Virus record (IMG/VR): IMGVR_UViG_3300012665_000077
Location: 1 to 34,194 of that record
Length of the DNA stretch: 34,194 nucleotides
Reading direction: 5' to 3' (one strand)
Source of the DNA: a virus
Lineage: Duplodnaviria; Caudoviricetes
Below, in pieces: positions 1 to 9,818 of the stretch. The position numbers and the translations under genes are program-made. Each line of letters opens with the position of its first letter. Position 1 is the first letter of the stretch. Below the pieces are notes generated by a model. The model ran no database searches. It was given only the letters and a program-made list of their open reading frames with translations, and had not been told where the DNA came from.

Positions 1-55
1 GATGTTGCGGTACTGCCTTTTTCTAGTTGTACGCCTGTGATGTAGAAGGTTGCGC
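1..55. repeat. 55-bp terminal direct repeat (copy 1); most likely a circular-assembly overlap
   Basis: Bases 1-55 are identical to 34140-34194, and a reading frame continues across the join. Confidence 0.95.
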
Positions 56-1061
56 CATTTGTGCCGACTACGCTTGTTGCGCCTGTGGCTGAGTATTTAG
101 TAGTTGTTGTCCATGCGCCAGCAGTACCACTATATGTAGTACCCACGCCAAGACCAAAATACAAGCCAATACCTTCAGTATTAGTAGATGACCAAGTTCC
201 ATCTGTGCTTCCAGCGATGGTTATTGAAATTTGTGTCCAAGTATTTGCTGAAGAAATTGTGTATGTAAATGGATAAGCCCTATTTTGATTTCCATTTTGC
301 AATGAACCGCCAAAAGTACCTGTTAGGCTTGAGTAAACTTGAAACGACAATGTAACTGTTTTGGCATTAGCAGTTCCCCACGCTAAATCTGCCATGTTGT
401 AGCCTTCAATCCTTTGACAAATCTGGTAGTAATCACCAGCCGCAAGGCTAGTAGCCGCTAATGAAGTAACTCCCAAATAATTTGCAAACCCGACTGGCGG
501 TGTAACACTACCAGCATTTTGCGAAACAGAATATTTTGAAGCCGACGAACTAAAAGCAACAAATCTATCTAATGTGTATACGCCATCAGTTGTAATTGTG
601 CCACTCCATGCTCTCTGATTTATCACCATCGCACCATTGATGATGCGGTTCTTAAAGCCGAAATTGCTGGACGCATTGAATACATCAGAGCCGTTTACCT
701 TGGCTGTTATCTCACCAGTACCCTTTGCGACTAACTTGAAACCGATATTGGTATCGTCGCCAGATGCAGTTAATGTTGGAGCGCCACCAGTAGCAGCATT
801 TGCAAGCGTTACTTCATTAACTGCCGATGTTGTTGCGGATACTTTGAGCAACTCATTACCGTTAGTGTCAATGACATCGCCAACTAGCTTGAGTTTTTTA
901 CCGCTACCAACATTTAATCCAACAGATGTTCCAGTACCTGCGCCAGCAAAGATTGCGTCTACCGAGTCCAGATCGGTATTGATCTTTGTTCCCCATGTAT
1001 CGGTACTAGCCCCGACTTCGGGCTTAGTCAGTAATAGGTTAGTTGTTGTGGTATCTGCCAT
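1..1061 (-). CDS. Tail fibre / receptor-binding protein, 5' part. Continues across the circular join to 33758; ~480 aa in total.
   Basis: Not in the ORF track because it has no stop in the window. ATG at 1061 gives MADTTTTNLLLTKPEVGASTDTWGTKIN...FKNRIINGAMVINQR...FYITGVQLEKGSTATSFDYRPYGTELQLCQRYY, a typical phage fibre / carbohydrate-binding motif set. The frame joins the 33758..34111 ORF. Confidence 0.85.
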   Translation of the reverse strand, partial: MADTTTTNLLLTKPEVGASTDTWGTKINTDLDSVDAIFAGAGTGTSVGLNVGSGKKLKLVGDVIDTNGNELLKVSATTSAVNEVTLANAATGGAPTLTASGDDTNIGFKLVAKGTGEITAKVNGSDVFNASSNFGFKNRIINGAMVINQRAWSGTITTDGVYTLDRFVAFSSSASKYSVSQNAGSVTPPVGFANYLGVTSLAATSLAAGDYYQICQRIEGYNMADLAWGTANAKTVTLSFQVYSSLTGTFGGSLQNGNQNRAYPFTYTISSANTWTQISITIAGSTDGTWSSTNTEGIGLYFGLGVGTTYSGTAGAWTTTTKYSATGATSVVGTNGATFYITGVQLEKGSTAT

Positions 1062-1070
1062 AGTTCACCT

Positions 1071-1592
1071 TCATGCTGGGACTTGCGTCCATGTTTCTGA
1101 ATTGTCTGCGATTGCTGTCCAAGTCTCTGGCGTATCTGCTTCTGCCGTCCAAGTCTCTGCCGTGTCTGGTATTGCACCCCATCCAAAGCCAATCATTGTC
1201 CCGACCGAGCCAGATGCCTCAACCCCAATTATCTCAATACTTATGCCGTTTGTAACGCTACCGACTGAGCCAGTACCTTCGACACCAGTAATGGCAACAA
1301 AGGAGATTGTCTCTGGCGACATCGTGCCGACAGCACCAGTTGACGAGCTGCCCGTAAGAATTGGAGATACTAAGAGTGAGTTAACAGATAAGGTTGAATC
1401 GTTACCTGTAATCGCAAAACTTAAAGATATGCCGACCGAGCCGACATTACCTGTGGCAATGTTGCCGTCTTCTTGGATTGATCTGTCGTCTAGTAATGTG
1501 CCAACCGCAGTAGTAGACGAGTTGCCACTAATGACAACATTACCGATGCCATAAACACCCTTGCCGTAGTAGCCAGAGCCGTAAGCAGCCAT
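1071..1592 (-). CDS. Gly/Ser/Thr-rich virion (tail-associated) protein, 173 aa
   Basis: ORF track; YGxGxYG N-terminus, beta-rich repeats, three C-terminal ETWT repeats; located in the tail operon. Confidence 0.7.
   Translation of the reverse strand: MAAYGSGYYGKGVYGIGNVVISGNSSTTAVGTLLDDRSIQEDGNIATGNVGSVGISLSFAITGNDSTLSVNSLLVSPILTGSSSTGAVGTMSPETISFVAITGVEGTGSVGSVTNGISIEIIGVEASGSVGTMIGFGWGAIPDTAETWTAEADTPETWTAIADNSETWTQVPA
1086..1175. repeat. Three imperfect 30-bp tandem repeats encoding xxDxxETWT
   Basis: gtccatgtttctg / gtccaagtctctg / gtccaagtctctg recur with a 30-bp period. Confidence 0.75.
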
Positions 1593-1607
1593 CTTGCTGC
1601 CTCTTTA

Positions 1608-2063
1608 TTAAGCGAGTCTGATCAAGCCAGTGCTTGAATCATTTGTCGGCATGGTTAAGGTAAATGTTCCAGCCGTAACGGTCTGAGAACCGAAGGTGTG
1701 GACGCTAACTGCTTTGTTTGACTGGCTTGAGTTATAGATCAAGACCGCATCAAAGGCAGTCGATAGAGTCACATTGGAGTATGTAATGCTGGCGCTTGGA
1801 GTCACAAATGCAGTTGTGCCACTTGTGCTTGGAGGAGTACCAAATGTCACCGTAGCACCGCCAGCCGTGTAGTTCGTACCTGTCACCTCGCCAGTAGACG
1901 AGTAGGCAGTTGTTGACGCATTGACCGTTGCCGACGCAAGGTATAACGCTGCCTTGAATGTGTCAGCAGTCGTGGCTGCGCGTACAACACCTGTACCGAA
2001 GTTGTGATGACCTACTAACAGTTCACCCTTAAATGAGGTACAGAGGCTTTGTGTGTTCGCCAT
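1608..2063 (-). CDS. Virion structural (tail) protein, 151 aa
   Basis: ORF track; AAGGA SD; CTSFKGELL...FKAALY...GEVTGTNYTAGG motif common in phage tail proteins. Confidence 0.75.
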   Translation of the reverse strand: MANTQSLCTSFKGELLVGHHNFGTGVVRAATTADTFKAALYLASATVNASTTAYSSTGEVTGTNYTAGGATVTFGTPPSTSGTTAFVTPSASITYSNVTLSTAFDAVLIYNSSQSNKAVSVHTFGSQTVTAGTFTLTMPTNDSSTGLIRLA

Positions 2064-2073
2064 GATATTTTCC

Positions 2074-2265
2074 TTAACTTATAGATTGAGCGACTGCTTC
2101 ACCAGTCACATTTCGTTTTAAGGTCATATGGACTGAGCGATGCACAAGCTCGCCTTCTAGCCAATATTCCACCCAGTTCGTCGTCTCGTTGTCGGTGTCG
2201 ATAGAGCCTTCTCGCTTCTCAAGCAAGGACGCATCCATCTCGCCTTTTGTTGTGTTTACTAGCAT
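2074..2265 (-). CDS. Hypothetical phage protein, 63 aa
   Basis: ORF track; tightly packed between the adaptor and tail genes. Confidence 0.7.
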   Translation of the reverse strand: MLVNTTKGEMDASLLEKREGSIDTDNETTNWVEYWLEGELVHRSVHMTLKRNVTGEAVAQSIS

Positions 2266-2268
2266 CTG

Positions 2269-2889
2269 TTATCCCAAAGTTCTTGCGCGTGTGATCAGTA
2301 CACCGCCAGTTGAAGAGCTACGGTCATCTGCCTTGGTAACCTCTTCAAGACCAGCTCGGTACATCGATGCCCATACCGTAATTCTCGCATCATCTTGCAG
2401 GTACGGTGCTGCTTGCATGAGAGCGCCATACAGATAAACATCAGGTGCAGCAGTCAATAACCAGTTTGTTGTATTGCTAGTTGATAACTTGCTCAACTTT
2501 GCGTAATAAATCAATTCTCCTGTGTAGGCAGTATCTGGTACTGGAAGGTAGCGAAACTGCTCACCCACCACAGTAAAGAATACGGGTTTAGTAGATGTGC
2601 GATATGTAACCGCCAGAGTGTCCATTGAGTCGATAGTCTCGAACTGCAATGGAGTTACTGGATTGGTATCGAGCTTGAAAGACTTAACTTCCAAGAAGTT
2701 ATCTGGGACTGCGGAGTATTCGGTAGTGATTGACGCGGTAGCACGCACAATCATCTGTCTGGTGCGCAGATTACGCTCAATCTGAGCCTCTGCCAAACTA
2801 ATAAAGTCAGGAATAGCAGTAGTCAGGTCTGAGCGATTAAGCCAGTCCCCGACCGAGGTCTTCAGTTCAGCATAGGTTGTGAGCGCCAT
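2269..2889 (-). CDS. Head-tail adaptor / tail tubular protein A-like, 206 aa
   Basis: MALTTYAELK..WLNRSDL...FISLAEAQIER.LR and NWLL..APD.YLYGAL motifs; position downstream of the capsid gene. Confidence 0.75.
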   Translation of the reverse strand: MALTTYAELKTSVGDWLNRSDLTTAIPDFISLAEAQIERNLRTRQMIVRATASITTEYSAVPDNFLEVKSFKLDTNPVTPLQFETIDSMDTLAVTYRTSTKPVFFTVVGEQFRYLPVPDTAYTGELIYYAKLSKLSTSNTTNWLLTAAPDVYLYGALMQAAPYLQDDARITVWASMYRAGLEEVTKADDRSSSTGGVLITRARTLG

Positions 2890-3550
2890 CTTCAGCCTTT
2901 TGTGCTTTCTCCAAGTCGCGCATCACCCAAGTGTGATCGTGCTTGAATTCAAATGTCCCAATGTGTCCGATCTCTTTGGACACATCATGGTCTATGTAGA
3001 TTTTAAAGCCAGCAGCCTGTGCTTTACGACAGAAGAAAACATCCTCGCCAACATACCCGCGCTTGTCATTGCGCCAAGGAGTCTCGAACCAAGGTTCGCT
3101 CAAAGCCTCAAAGACCTTGCGTTTGATGAGCATTACACCCATGCCAATCGAGCCAACTTCCTCAATGCCTGTGGAGTCTGGCATTGTGTAGATGAGCACG
3201 CGCTCACCGTTCTCGTCATAACGCTGGGCAGTTGGACCTGTCGGCATCCTGCGCCTTGCGCAGTTCGTTGCCACGACATCCAAGTCATGCGCCAAAAGTC
3301 TCTCAATCATGTCCTGCGGGAAGGTCATGTCTGAATCTACAAACAAGATATGGGTACAACCTTCAGCCATTGCGTCTAGACACAGATCAGCACGCTGGGT
3401 CTGGATAAGTGTGCCTTGCATAATCTTCAAGGACACCGCATCAGTCGTGTTAATCGTGTGATGCGCCACCATGTTCACCATACAGAAGGTGAAATTAGCG
3501 TGAACCATGTCACGCGCTGGGGTGCAGACTGCAATGTAGTTTGGGGTCAT
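2867..3550 (-). CDS. GT-A fold (family 2-like) glycosyltransferase, 227 aa
   Basis: THILFVDSDM (DxD), GMGVMLIKRKVF, GEDVFFC and IGHIG motifs. Confidence 0.8.
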   Translation of the reverse strand: MTPNYIAVCTPARDMVHANFTFCMVNMVAHHTINTTDAVSLKIMQGTLIQTQRADLCLDAMAEGCTHILFVDSDMTFPQDMIERLLAHDLDVVATNCARRRMPTGPTAQRYDENGERVLIYTMPDSTGIEEVGSIGMGVMLIKRKVFEALSEPWFETPWRNDKRGYVGEDVFFCRKAQAAGFKIYIDHDVSKEIGHIGTFEFKHDHTWVMRDLEKAQKAEDGAHNLC

Positions 3551-3861
3551 AGTTGTCCTGATCTAGTTCTGAAATACTTGTTTTCTGGGTCATTTAGCCA
3601 ACGCTTCATGTAGGCTTCGTCTTCTAGCTTGCCTTCAGCCTTGAGCTGGAAGTAGATAGACATCGGGATGCTGGCGACTCTGCTCCACTCGCCCCATCGA
3701 GCACGCTCATCAACCTGTGCGTACTCTTGCTTATTCTCTTCAATGATTGCAGTCACATCTTGTTGTGTCTGAATCGTTGCCTGATTCGTTTCATCATCGT
3801 AATGAAAAGTGCGCGTGATCCCTTGATCAGCGTCTGTACTAAATAGTCTTTTTTCAATCAT
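3547..3861 (-). CDS. Conserved phage protein downstream of the capsid gene, 104 aa
   Basis: ORF track; TQQDV..IIE.NK and WLNDPEN..FRT motifs; ATGA overlap with the next gene. Confidence 0.75.
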   Translation of the reverse strand: MIEKRLFSTDADQGITRTFHYDDETNQATIQTQQDVTAIIEENKQEYAQVDERARWGEWSRVASIPMSIYFQLKAEGKLEDEAYMKRWLNDPENKYFRTRSGQL

Positions 3862-3865
3862 GTAG

Positions 3866-3896
3866 AAAAAAAGGGTCTGAGTTTCCCCAGACCCTT
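3866..3896 (-). terminator. Rho-independent terminator after the major capsid gene
   Basis: Minus strand AAGGGTCTG-GGGAAACT-CAGACCCTT followed by a T run. Confidence 0.85.
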
Positions 3897-3907
3897 CGTT
3901 AGTTCAA

Positions 3908-4870
3908 TTAAGAAGTAACCAAGTCAGCAGCAATGCCGTGAGCATTCTCTGCCAATACTTTGTGACCCCACTCAACGATCAGCATACGCTTTTCAGCGTC
4001 GCCAGTCTTTGCCAACTCAACTTGTTGGTAAGGACGCAACATAGTGACTTTTGCGTAATCTGGATCGATCACGAATGCGTCACGCTCACGCTGGAAGCGG
4101 TTAGGAACGACTTGCACATTGCCGAAGTCAGACACATAAATGTCTGCTGCGCCAATGATGGTTGCAGGACGAGCACCGCCATCAATGTTGAAGCGTGAAG
4201 ATGCGATACCAGAGAAGCCAGACACGCGCTGCTTGTTGACTGGACCAGTCATCAAGATTTTTGGTGTACCGCCAGAAGTCCAAACTTGTTGAATAACATT
4301 CTTCAAGATGGTTTCTGTAAAGGTACGCACATTGCCGTCACTACGAGCGCCAGTAGGCACAGTCGTATAAGTGGGGTTAGCACCGTTGGTCTGCATATCG
4401 TAGTTAGTCTTGATGAAGGCTTGCAATGAAGCAGTACCGCGAGCTGTTGTGGTGTTACCAGCAGCAGCGACAGCGCCATTCAACATTGAAAACTCTTGAT
4501 CACGCTTCAACTCAGCGCTACGCTTGGCAATTTGGTATGCCAATTCAGAGCGACGACCAGCCTTGTTGACGGTCTCTTCAGTTGCAGACAAGACGATAGT
4601 CTTACGGCTGATCTGAGCGTAGTTTTGTAAACGCACAGTAGCAGTAACGCTGTCGAAAGAAGTTACATCGTCACCCTCTAACTGCTTGTTAGCAGCAGCA
4701 GAAGCCAATGTGTCGGTTTGCCACTCAAACAATGAATTGCTGATTGACTCGCGTCCGACATTACTCATGTAAGGAGTCTCTTCGGGAGCGATGTTAGTGA
4801 TGATGTTGGATAAGTCCTCGCGGATACCCTTCGCATCAAAGGTTGTAAAGGTGTTGGTTACGATTGCCAT
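3908..4870 (-). CDS. Major capsid protein (DUF5309-like), 320 aa
   Basis: GIREDLSNIITNIAPEETP...EWQTDTL...NYAQI.RK motifs; follows the scaffold gene and is followed by a strong terminator. Confidence 0.88.
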   Translation of the reverse strand: MAIVTNTFTTFDAKGIREDLSNIITNIAPEETPYMSNVGRESISNSLFEWQTDTLASAAANKQLEGDDVTSFDSVTATVRLQNYAQISRKTIVLSATEETVNKAGRRSELAYQIAKRSAELKRDQEFSMLNGAVAAAGNTTTARGTASLQAFIKTNYDMQTNGANPTYTTVPTGARSDGNVRTFTETILKNVIQQVWTSGGTPKILMTGPVNKQRVSGFSGIASSRFNIDGGARPATIIGAADIYVSDFGNVQVVPNRFQRERDAFVIDPDYAKVTMLRPYQQVELAKTGDAEKRMLIVEWGHKVLAENAHGIAADLVTS

Positions 4871-4879
4871 TTGAGTGTC

Positions 4880-5863
4880 CTATTTCAAAAGAAGTTCTAT
4901 TGCGGAGGCAGCGTCATTGACGCGACCTGACTTTGCAAGACGCTGTTTTGCGCGTGTACTTTCAGTTGTTGTAGAGACGCGACCTGCTGCACTAGGCTTG
5001 GCAGGGCGAGGACCGTTGTTGACTACTGGCTTGATCTGTCCACGCTTGGACATCATCTGATCGTAGAGCGCTGCTTTACGCAACGCAATGACAGCTCTGT
5101 GGTCATAGACATTCTTGAGTTCATCATCGCTGAATCCGATCTTCTTACCGAATTCGACGAGTAGAGCCTTTTCAGCCTGTGCCTTCTTGGAATCTTTCCA
5201 TTCGGGTACGGCTTGGATCAGGGCTTCTTGCTGTGTGGCAAGGTGAGCTTGCATTTCCTGTGCTCTTTGTTGCGCTGTAAGTTGCGACAGTCGCTGCTGC
5301 TCAGACTGAATAGCTGCGAGTTTGTCTTGCTTCTGGCGCATCACTTCTGACTGTCTCACCCACTCAATGGGGTCTTCGTTATAAAGACGATCCATATCGA
5401 CAGGTGCTTCAGTTGACTCAAGTTGCTGTTTCAACGCTCCCAATAACTGGGCGTACTGTTCACGCTCGGCACGAATCGCACTAGCCTCTGCCTCGACAGC
5501 CTTACGGGTCTCGGCAATTTGCTGTGTCTTTCGTGTGTAATCCTGAGTTCGAGAATATCCTTTTTGAAGTTCGTCTAGCGTGACCTCGACCTCTTTACCG
5601 TCAACTTTGACGGTGTAGACCTCGGCTGGCTTTTCTTCTTCTTCGGTTTCTTCATCTAACTCTGATTGTTCCTCTGTCGTTTCTTCATTGGATTCGTCGT
5701 CTTGCACATCCAATTCTTCATCGACAGAGACCGCGACATCGGAAGTATCTTCCTCAATCAAACGCGCCTTGTCAGTTTTCTGCTGTTCTCCGTCTAACGG
5801 CAACATTAATTGATCAAGAGCACTAGCTGCATCAGCTACAGACATAGGGGTTTGGTTTTCCAT
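4880..5863 (-). CDS. Capsid scaffolding protein, 327 aa
   Basis: Acidic N-terminal region, YTVKVDGKEVEVTLDEL.KGY...DYTRKTQ motif and coiled coil; directly upstream of the capsid gene. Confidence 0.82.
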   Translation of the reverse strand: MENQTPMSVADAASALDQLMLPLDGEQQKTDKARLIEEDTSDVAVSVDEELDVQDDESNEETTEEQSELDEETEEEEKPAEVYTVKVDGKEVEVTLDELQKGYSRTQDYTRKTQQIAETRKAVEAEASAIRAEREQYAQLLGALKQQLESTEAPVDMDRLYNEDPIEWVRQSEVMRQKQDKLAAIQSEQQRLSQLTAQQRAQEMQAHLATQQEALIQAVPEWKDSKKAQAEKALLVEFGKKIGFSDDELKNVYDHRAVIALRKAALYDQMMSKRGQIKPVVNNGPRPAKPSAAGRVSTTTESTRAKQRLAKSGRVNDAASAIELLLK

Positions 5864-5874
5864 TTCCTAGTCCT

Positions 5875-6141
5875 TTACACCAACGACTTTTGTTCACGCT
5901 CAATCTGGCGCTGTGCGACTTTCCCGTTATCCATGATTTTGGAAATCTCGGTTCGGAAGTTGTCAATCGCACGCAACATATGCCAAGCGTGTTCTCTCTT
6001 CGTGATGTCCTCTGGTTTCGTATCTTTCCAAAACCAGACGGCATCATTCTCCATTTTTAGTAATGCAGTTGAGAAAGCCTCGTCAGCGATTAGCGACTCA
6101 GCCTTCTTGCCTTTTCTTACATCTTCTTCTTGTTTGCTCAC
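5875..6141 (-). CDS. Small conserved protein between portal and scaffold, 88 aa
   Basis: ORF track; abuts the portal stop; helical composition. Confidence 0.7.
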   Translation of the reverse strand: MSKQEEDVRKGKKAESLIADEAFSTALLKMENDAVWFWKDTKPEDITKREHAWHMLRAIDNFRTEISKIMDNGKVAQRQIEREQKSLV

Positions 6142-8334
6142 TTAAACCATTCCTTGTGGGTTGATGGGTTGCATTGGTGCTGGCTGGGCTTGCGCCATCG
6201 CCTGTTGTACCAACGCGCCTTGCTCTCGAATAACCTCGCGGTTGACATTCTGCTCCGCAACAATTTGTGCGGTATTCAGTTGTGTGTTGTACTTTAACTC
6301 AAGTTCCATTTGTTTAAGTAGTCTATCTTGGTTCATTTGATCGCGTCTGAAGTCGTCGTCGCGGATCATCTGTTGCCTCTGTAACTCAAGATCGGCAGCC
6401 TTTTTCTGTATATCTGCACGAATAGACTCGGCTTGAACCTGAGCCAAAACCTCTTCGGGGCTTGGTTTTTGTGGTGCTTGCGGTGCTTTCCATCCTTCTG
6501 GAATGTCCGCAAAGTAGCTTGATGCGTCCTTGAATCCTGACAATTCGACAACCTTCTTCAAGGTGCGCACATACATCTGAGGAGACACCACGGGATTCTC
6601 AAGACCGTATTGGTTGATGATGGATTCTTGCTTGGCAAGTATCTGCATCATGGTTGCAATGCGCTCATTGGTGTCGCCATTTCCCAGACCGATATTGATG
6701 TTGACATCCATCGTGTTGTCCCATCCGCGTGGGTCAATCTGCACCCAACGGTTACGCAAGCGGATCATGCGTGGCTTGTCTTGGTGTGTCGTAACCAAAA
6801 ACAGGATTGTCTTAAACAACTCCCTCATGCCTTCAGCCATGAGACGCGCAGTCAACTCAATGCGTCCTTGGCTGGCGCTTACTGTGGCAGCCACGGCAGC
6901 CTTTGTGCTCGACTGCAACGCATCTGGGTTCAAGCCCATAGATGCCTTGGACATTCCTGTGCGACCTTCCTTGATCTCGTCCAAGTACGCAAGTACAGGG
7001 AAAGCAGCCTGACCGACGAATGGGGTTACCAACGGCTGCACCATGTTCGGAGCACGCGCACGAATGATCGCGCCTGTCTCGTTATTGAGTGCATCGTCAA
7101 TGTTGACCTGACCCTCAACGATCACGGTGCGGGGATGGATTGACTGCGCTAGCGAATCCAAGGTATTGCGCATGACTTCGGACTTGATCTCTTGTAAGTC
7201 TCTAGTAATGTCAAAGATCGACATCGCCTCAAGTGGTGATGTGTGGGGTTCTGGATCGCAAGGAAACTCAATAAACGGGATGTATGACGCTGGAAGATTG
7301 CGAACCATCTTGTAGCCAGCACCCATGAAGCACATCTTCCTCAGCTCAGGGATACCGTCGCCATCAAAGTCAACCTTAGCGTAGCCCTCGACATAGAGAA
7401 CGCGCTGCATCATCGGATTAGCGCTCTCATTGAAATACTGGTTATTTGCCAACGGTGCGCGAGCCAAAGCCTCTTCGTTGTCGTTTAAATCGGACGAGCC
7501 AACATAGTCCATCACCTCGTCTTCGTCGTACCCCATAGAGATCAACTCAGCCACAGTCGCCATCTTGCGGTGACCGATAAAAGGTGCGTCTTTAAACGAC
7601 ATCGCTTGGCGAGACAAGAGCAATTCTTCTGGCGGTAAGCACGCCACATGGATACGCTTGTCAGTTACCTTGCGCTTGATCTGCACATCATGGATCATGG
7701 CTGGGGGCATGGGTTGACCCGTCATCGGATCGATCTGCATCGCGCCTTGCATACTCTCGTCTGGGTAACTCGCAACGATCTTCACATCGGCATCACCCTC
7801 TTGCATGACGATCTGCAAGGTCTGGTCATCTAGACCCGAATATTCCTCAATTCGGACAGACTCGGTGTCCTCAATCCACGCCTTGACAATGCCACATTTC
7901 CTGACAAGAGCGTCTTTAAATGTGGCGTATGCCACCATAAAACCGTTGTTGTCATTGTTAAAAACATAGTTGCAGTAGTCTGTGGCTTGCTGTGCGTTTT
8001 CTACATCCTCTGGACCGCGAGGCACAAACTCCACCGTGTTCTCGGTAGAGAAAAACACACGCATCAAGGACGGCAGCATGGCAGACACGGTGTCTCTCAC
8101 CTCCATCGCCACGACTTGCGAGCGTCCATCTTCCTCGTTACCGAAGGGATCGCCCCTGTAATACTCAGTACCGCGAGCGCGGATAGGTGAGAGGTCAGAG
8201 TCGATGTAGCTCACAGCGTCTGTGATCTCTTGACCCATCATGGCTTCTAAATCCATGTCTGTCATGGGCATAAGTGTCGGGTCAACCTGTGACGCAATGT
8301 CTGTGCTCAATCCCAGCTCGTTGGTAATGTTCAT
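6142..8334 (-). CDS. Portal protein, 730 aa
   Basis: YYRGDPFGNEEDGRSQVV...MLPSLMRVF...EDVENAQQATDYCNY...FKDAL motifs, Gln-rich C-terminal barrel; position in the head module. Confidence 0.88.
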   Translation of the reverse strand: MNITNELGLSTDIASQVDPTLMPMTDMDLEAMMGQEITDAVSYIDSDLSPIRARGTEYYRGDPFGNEEDGRSQVVAMEVRDTVSAMLPSLMRVFFSTENTVEFVPRGPEDVENAQQATDYCNYVFNNDNNGFMVAYATFKDALVRKCGIVKAWIEDTESVRIEEYSGLDDQTLQIVMQEGDADVKIVASYPDESMQGAMQIDPMTGQPMPPAMIHDVQIKRKVTDKRIHVACLPPEELLLSRQAMSFKDAPFIGHRKMATVAELISMGYDEDEVMDYVGSSDLNDNEEALARAPLANNQYFNESANPMMQRVLYVEGYAKVDFDGDGIPELRKMCFMGAGYKMVRNLPASYIPFIEFPCDPEPHTSPLEAMSIFDITRDLQEIKSEVMRNTLDSLAQSIHPRTVIVEGQVNIDDALNNETGAIIRARAPNMVQPLVTPFVGQAAFPVLAYLDEIKEGRTGMSKASMGLNPDALQSSTKAAVAATVSASQGRIELTARLMAEGMRELFKTILFLVTTHQDKPRMIRLRNRWVQIDPRGWDNTMDVNINIGLGNGDTNERIATMMQILAKQESIINQYGLENPVVSPQMYVRTLKKVVELSGFKDASSYFADIPEGWKAPQAPQKPSPEEVLAQVQAESIRADIQKKAADLELQRQQMIRDDDFRRDQMNQDRLLKQMELELKYNTQLNTAQIVAEQNVNREVIREQGALVQQAMAQAQPAPMQPINPQGMV

Positions 8335-8864
8335 TTTGTACCCTTAGTCAATACGACAAACATGGAGTCCACAGCTCGCGGAGTCCTAAGTAATTCTTCT
8401 TGCGTCAATTTTAGGTCTTGTGCGATGGGATTTAACCTAAATTCCAAGTGAGTCACATAAAACCGATCTTCCCAGCCAAGATACCAATGCCAGTCGGTGT
8501 AATAAAGCCACGACTTCTCGTTGAATGCTCTGAGGTGCGTCGGGTCTTGCCACGCGCCATAAGACAAGTCATACGGCACATGGATGCGCATCTCGCCACC
8601 GACTTTGAGTAACTTCTTGCAGCTCGTCATTGCACCGACCAGATCGGGCAGGTGCTCAAGCACATCATTCGCCAGTATTGCGTCAAACATCTCTGGCTGC
8701 ACCTCGAAGTCACCGAGTCGTGTGGAGATTGCATCGCCCCACGGGACATTGCAGATGTCGAGTAACCAGTCGTGCTTGACGCGCAACTGAATATCTGCGT
8801 TGATGCAGTCCTCCCGAAAGTCCTTGCCAGAGCCTAAGTTAAGTACCAAAGAATCGTTGTGCAT
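8331..8864 (-). CDS. Class I SAM-dependent methyltransferase, 177 aa
   Basis: VLNLGSG (motif I), INADI, DVLEHL, LLKVGG...VP and DPTH motifs. Confidence 0.85.
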   Translation of the reverse strand: MHNDSLVLNLGSGKDFREDCINADIQLRVKHDWLLDICNVPWGDAISTRLGDFEVQPEMFDAILANDVLEHLPDLVGAMTSCKKLLKVGGEMRIHVPYDLSYGAWQDPTHLRAFNEKSWLYYTDWHWYLGWEDRFYVTHLEFRLNPIAQDLKLTQEELLRTPRAVDSMFVVLTKGTK

Positions 8865-9528
8865 ACTGTGGGCGGTGCTCTTTTACCCAAGGCATTGCCT
8901 CGGCAGTTAGTTGTTTTGAGTTGTCGCCAGTTGTCTGGCTGCCGACATGATGGACATAGCTGCTGGAGACAAAGTGCTCGTAGCCCTGATTGCTAAGGTC
9001 TGCGCAGCTCACATCGTCCGAGAACCAATTAAGTGGGGGGAATCTTCCGTGATGCCATGCGTCTCTGCTTATGTACGCAAAGATCGGTGCGATGGCGCTG
9101 GCATGGCGAATGAACTGCTCAGACTTGAATCTGCACATCTCTAGATGATCGCCATCGGGGTTGTAGCGAATGTTTTGAGCTGGTCTCACATAGTCACTTC
9201 TTGCGCCAACCCAGCCGACATTGACCTCCAGCTCGCGGATCACTTCGACATCTTCCAAGAGTCGCTGGTAACTTGTCGGTGTCAGCACCACATCGTCATT
9301 GCAGACGATGCACGCCTGTGCGTACTTCAAAGCGTCGTCGATGATCTCGTTGTAATCGTCGCCAAAGTTCGTAGGTTCACCAAAGATAAGCCTTGCGTTC
9401 TTGTAGCCAGAGACAACGCGCTCAGGACCGCGAAGGTAGACAAATGCCTCTGGTGCGTATTGCTTGATTGACTCAAGCAGAACTGGCAAACCTTTGCCGT
9501 TGACCGTCGATATACAGATTGGGATCAC
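8839..9528 (-). CDS. GT-A fold (family 2-like) glycosyltransferase, 229 aa
   Basis: NFGDDYN, IVCNDDVVL, WFSDD and YVHHVGSQT motifs. Confidence 0.75.
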   Translation of the reverse strand: MIPICISTVNGKGLPVLLESIKQYAPEAFVYLRGPERVVSGYKNARLIFGEPTNFGDDYNEIIDDALKYAQACIVCNDDVVLTPTSYQRLLEDVEVIRELEVNVGWVGARSDYVRPAQNIRYNPDGDHLEMCRFKSEQFIRHASAIAPIFAYISRDAWHHGRFPPLNWFSDDVSCADLSNQGYEHFVSSSYVHHVGSQTTGDNSKQLTAEAMPWVKEHRPQYAQRFFGT

Positions 9529-9818
9529 TTCTTAGCCTTATTCCTTGCGGTGATCGCCTTGGCTTTTGCCTTGGCATCGGCTTTACTGGACGCACCCCAT
9601 GCGTTGAGACTCAAGAGAAGACGAGTCTTTTCACCGTCCTTGTACTCTGGTCCAGCATTTCCCGCCATGCGTGCAAGAAAGCTCGCTCGTCTAGGGTTAT
9701 CGCCTGACTTGACAGGGGGCTTCAAGTTCATGCCTTCGGCTTTCGCAGAGGCACGACCTTTAGCATTCAAGCCACCAGTTGGTGACTTGCCCTCTTTCCT
9801 CTGCCAAGCTGCGCTCAC
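9525..9818 (-). CDS. Basic phage protein (DUF6321-like), 97 aa
   Basis: AWQRKEGK..GGLN.KGRAS...NLKPPV...RRASFLARM motif; GTG start overlapping the upstream stop. Confidence 0.7.
   Translation of the reverse strand: MSAAWQRKEGKSPTGGLNAKGRASAKAEGMNLKPPVKSGDNPRRASFLARMAGNAGPEYKDGEKTRLLLSLNAWGASSKADAKAKAKAITARNKAKK

Noticed and set aside
1-55. Terminal repeat as a biological DTR or att site
   Set aside because: It is an exact 55-mer in the middle of a gene, typical of k-mer overlap from circular assembly.
1086-1175. 30-bp repeats as a CRISPR array or DGR repeats
   Set aside because: They are in-frame coding repeats without spacers; no reverse transcriptase or cas operon is present.
637-1554. 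305-aa plus-strand ORF
   Set aside because: Antisense shadow of the Gly/Thr-rich tail genes; no SD or recognisable motifs.
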